From Amoebidium appalachense (Eukaryota; Protista; Ichthyosporea): a stretch of 64,000 nt of DNA. A program made the position numbers and the translations under genes. Location: positions 11,652,481 through 11,716,480 of the forward strand of contig CAVNZM010000006.1 in assembly GCA_963693365.1 (NCBI GenBank), read 5' to 3'. A model generated the notes under the pieces. It worked only from the letters and a program-made list of their open reading frames with translations. It was not told where the DNA came from and did no database searches. Positions 63,262-64,000 of the stretch are shown piece after piece. Numbering within the stretch: the stretch's first letter is position 1; each line of letters starts with the position of its first letter.

Positions 63262-64000
63262 CTTAGCCGTTGGTGTGGTGTCTAACCTAGACAAGGTACC
63301 CAGAGGTATTGTGATTCAAAGAACGAATAAACACATAATGGGAGAAATTGTAAACTTTACATTATGTTGGGTAATCCACGACAGCCTAATATATAGTTGT
63401 CTGTATAGCCAGTAAAATGCTAGGACCTGTAGGTGCAACTCAGTATGAAATGGGAATGATTTACTGATGTCGACTGGTAATCGGCAAACACGGAGGCAAA
63501 AAGCAAAGGGAAGGGAAGGGAAGGAAACCCCGGTCGAACGCTGTCATCTCATCTCAGGTTTAAACCAAAACCCTGCCAGCACTGCCGGCAGAACACATCT
63601 GCCTTCCAATCTAATTAAACGGACCGATTTCATACATGTACACAGGGAACCGGAGAATTATTTTAGCCGGCTTAGATACAAGCAAAATCGGCAGACAGAC
63701 CTGTGGTTTACCGTTAGATAGATCATACATGAGCTAACACATGCAGTTACATGCTTGCCGCGCGCCTATTTGTGCTTATAGGGTTACCAGGAAGACCATG
63801 CAGTGTGCCGAATTTCACGAACCAACACCTGAAAATAAGAAGGGAAAACATGTGTCTGGAGATTGGGACAAGCAGAAGAGAAATAGATAACGGACTCAGA
63901 ACGAACGTCTATGGAATATAAAACCATGGTCAGCGGACTCTGAGAATCTAATCCCCCCTGCAAGACACCATCAAAATGCACTCATATGAAGAAGGTAAAA

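Overview
Intron-rich eukaryotic nuclear DNA. Exons are short and GC-rich; introns are packed with (CA/GT)n, (GA)n, poly-C/G runs and intron-private minisatellites, so most long ORFs in the supplied track are repeat artefacts. Manual GT/GC-AG splicing recovers 10 protein genes: the 3' part of a DAD-type formin (+), a death-associated protein 1 homolog that is fragmented in the ORF track (-), SAM50 (+), an arrestin-fold protein with a presequence-like N-terminus (+), CDC27/APC3 (-), a small NUXM/NDUFB1-family complex I subunit (+), TRAPPC3/BET3 (+), a secreted trypsin with a Thr-rich tail (-), RMDN1 (-) and acylglycerol kinase (+). Three pairs are head-to-head. Animal-type DAP, AGK and RMDN alongside a fungal/plant-type NUXM and branch-point-dominated acceptors suggest a non-animal holozoan such as an ichthyosporean (inference only). 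The most interesting items are the DAP ribosome-dormancy-factor homolog, a possibly mitochondrial arrestin, and minisatellites seeded on stop codons, poly(A) signals and splice sites. Also notable are polar C(n)A(n) tracts, three GC-AG introns, a pogo-like MITE and a dispersed intronic element. Three apparent frameshifts sit in G/C homopolymers and look like assembly errors. All family assignments come from remembered motifs; no database search was run.
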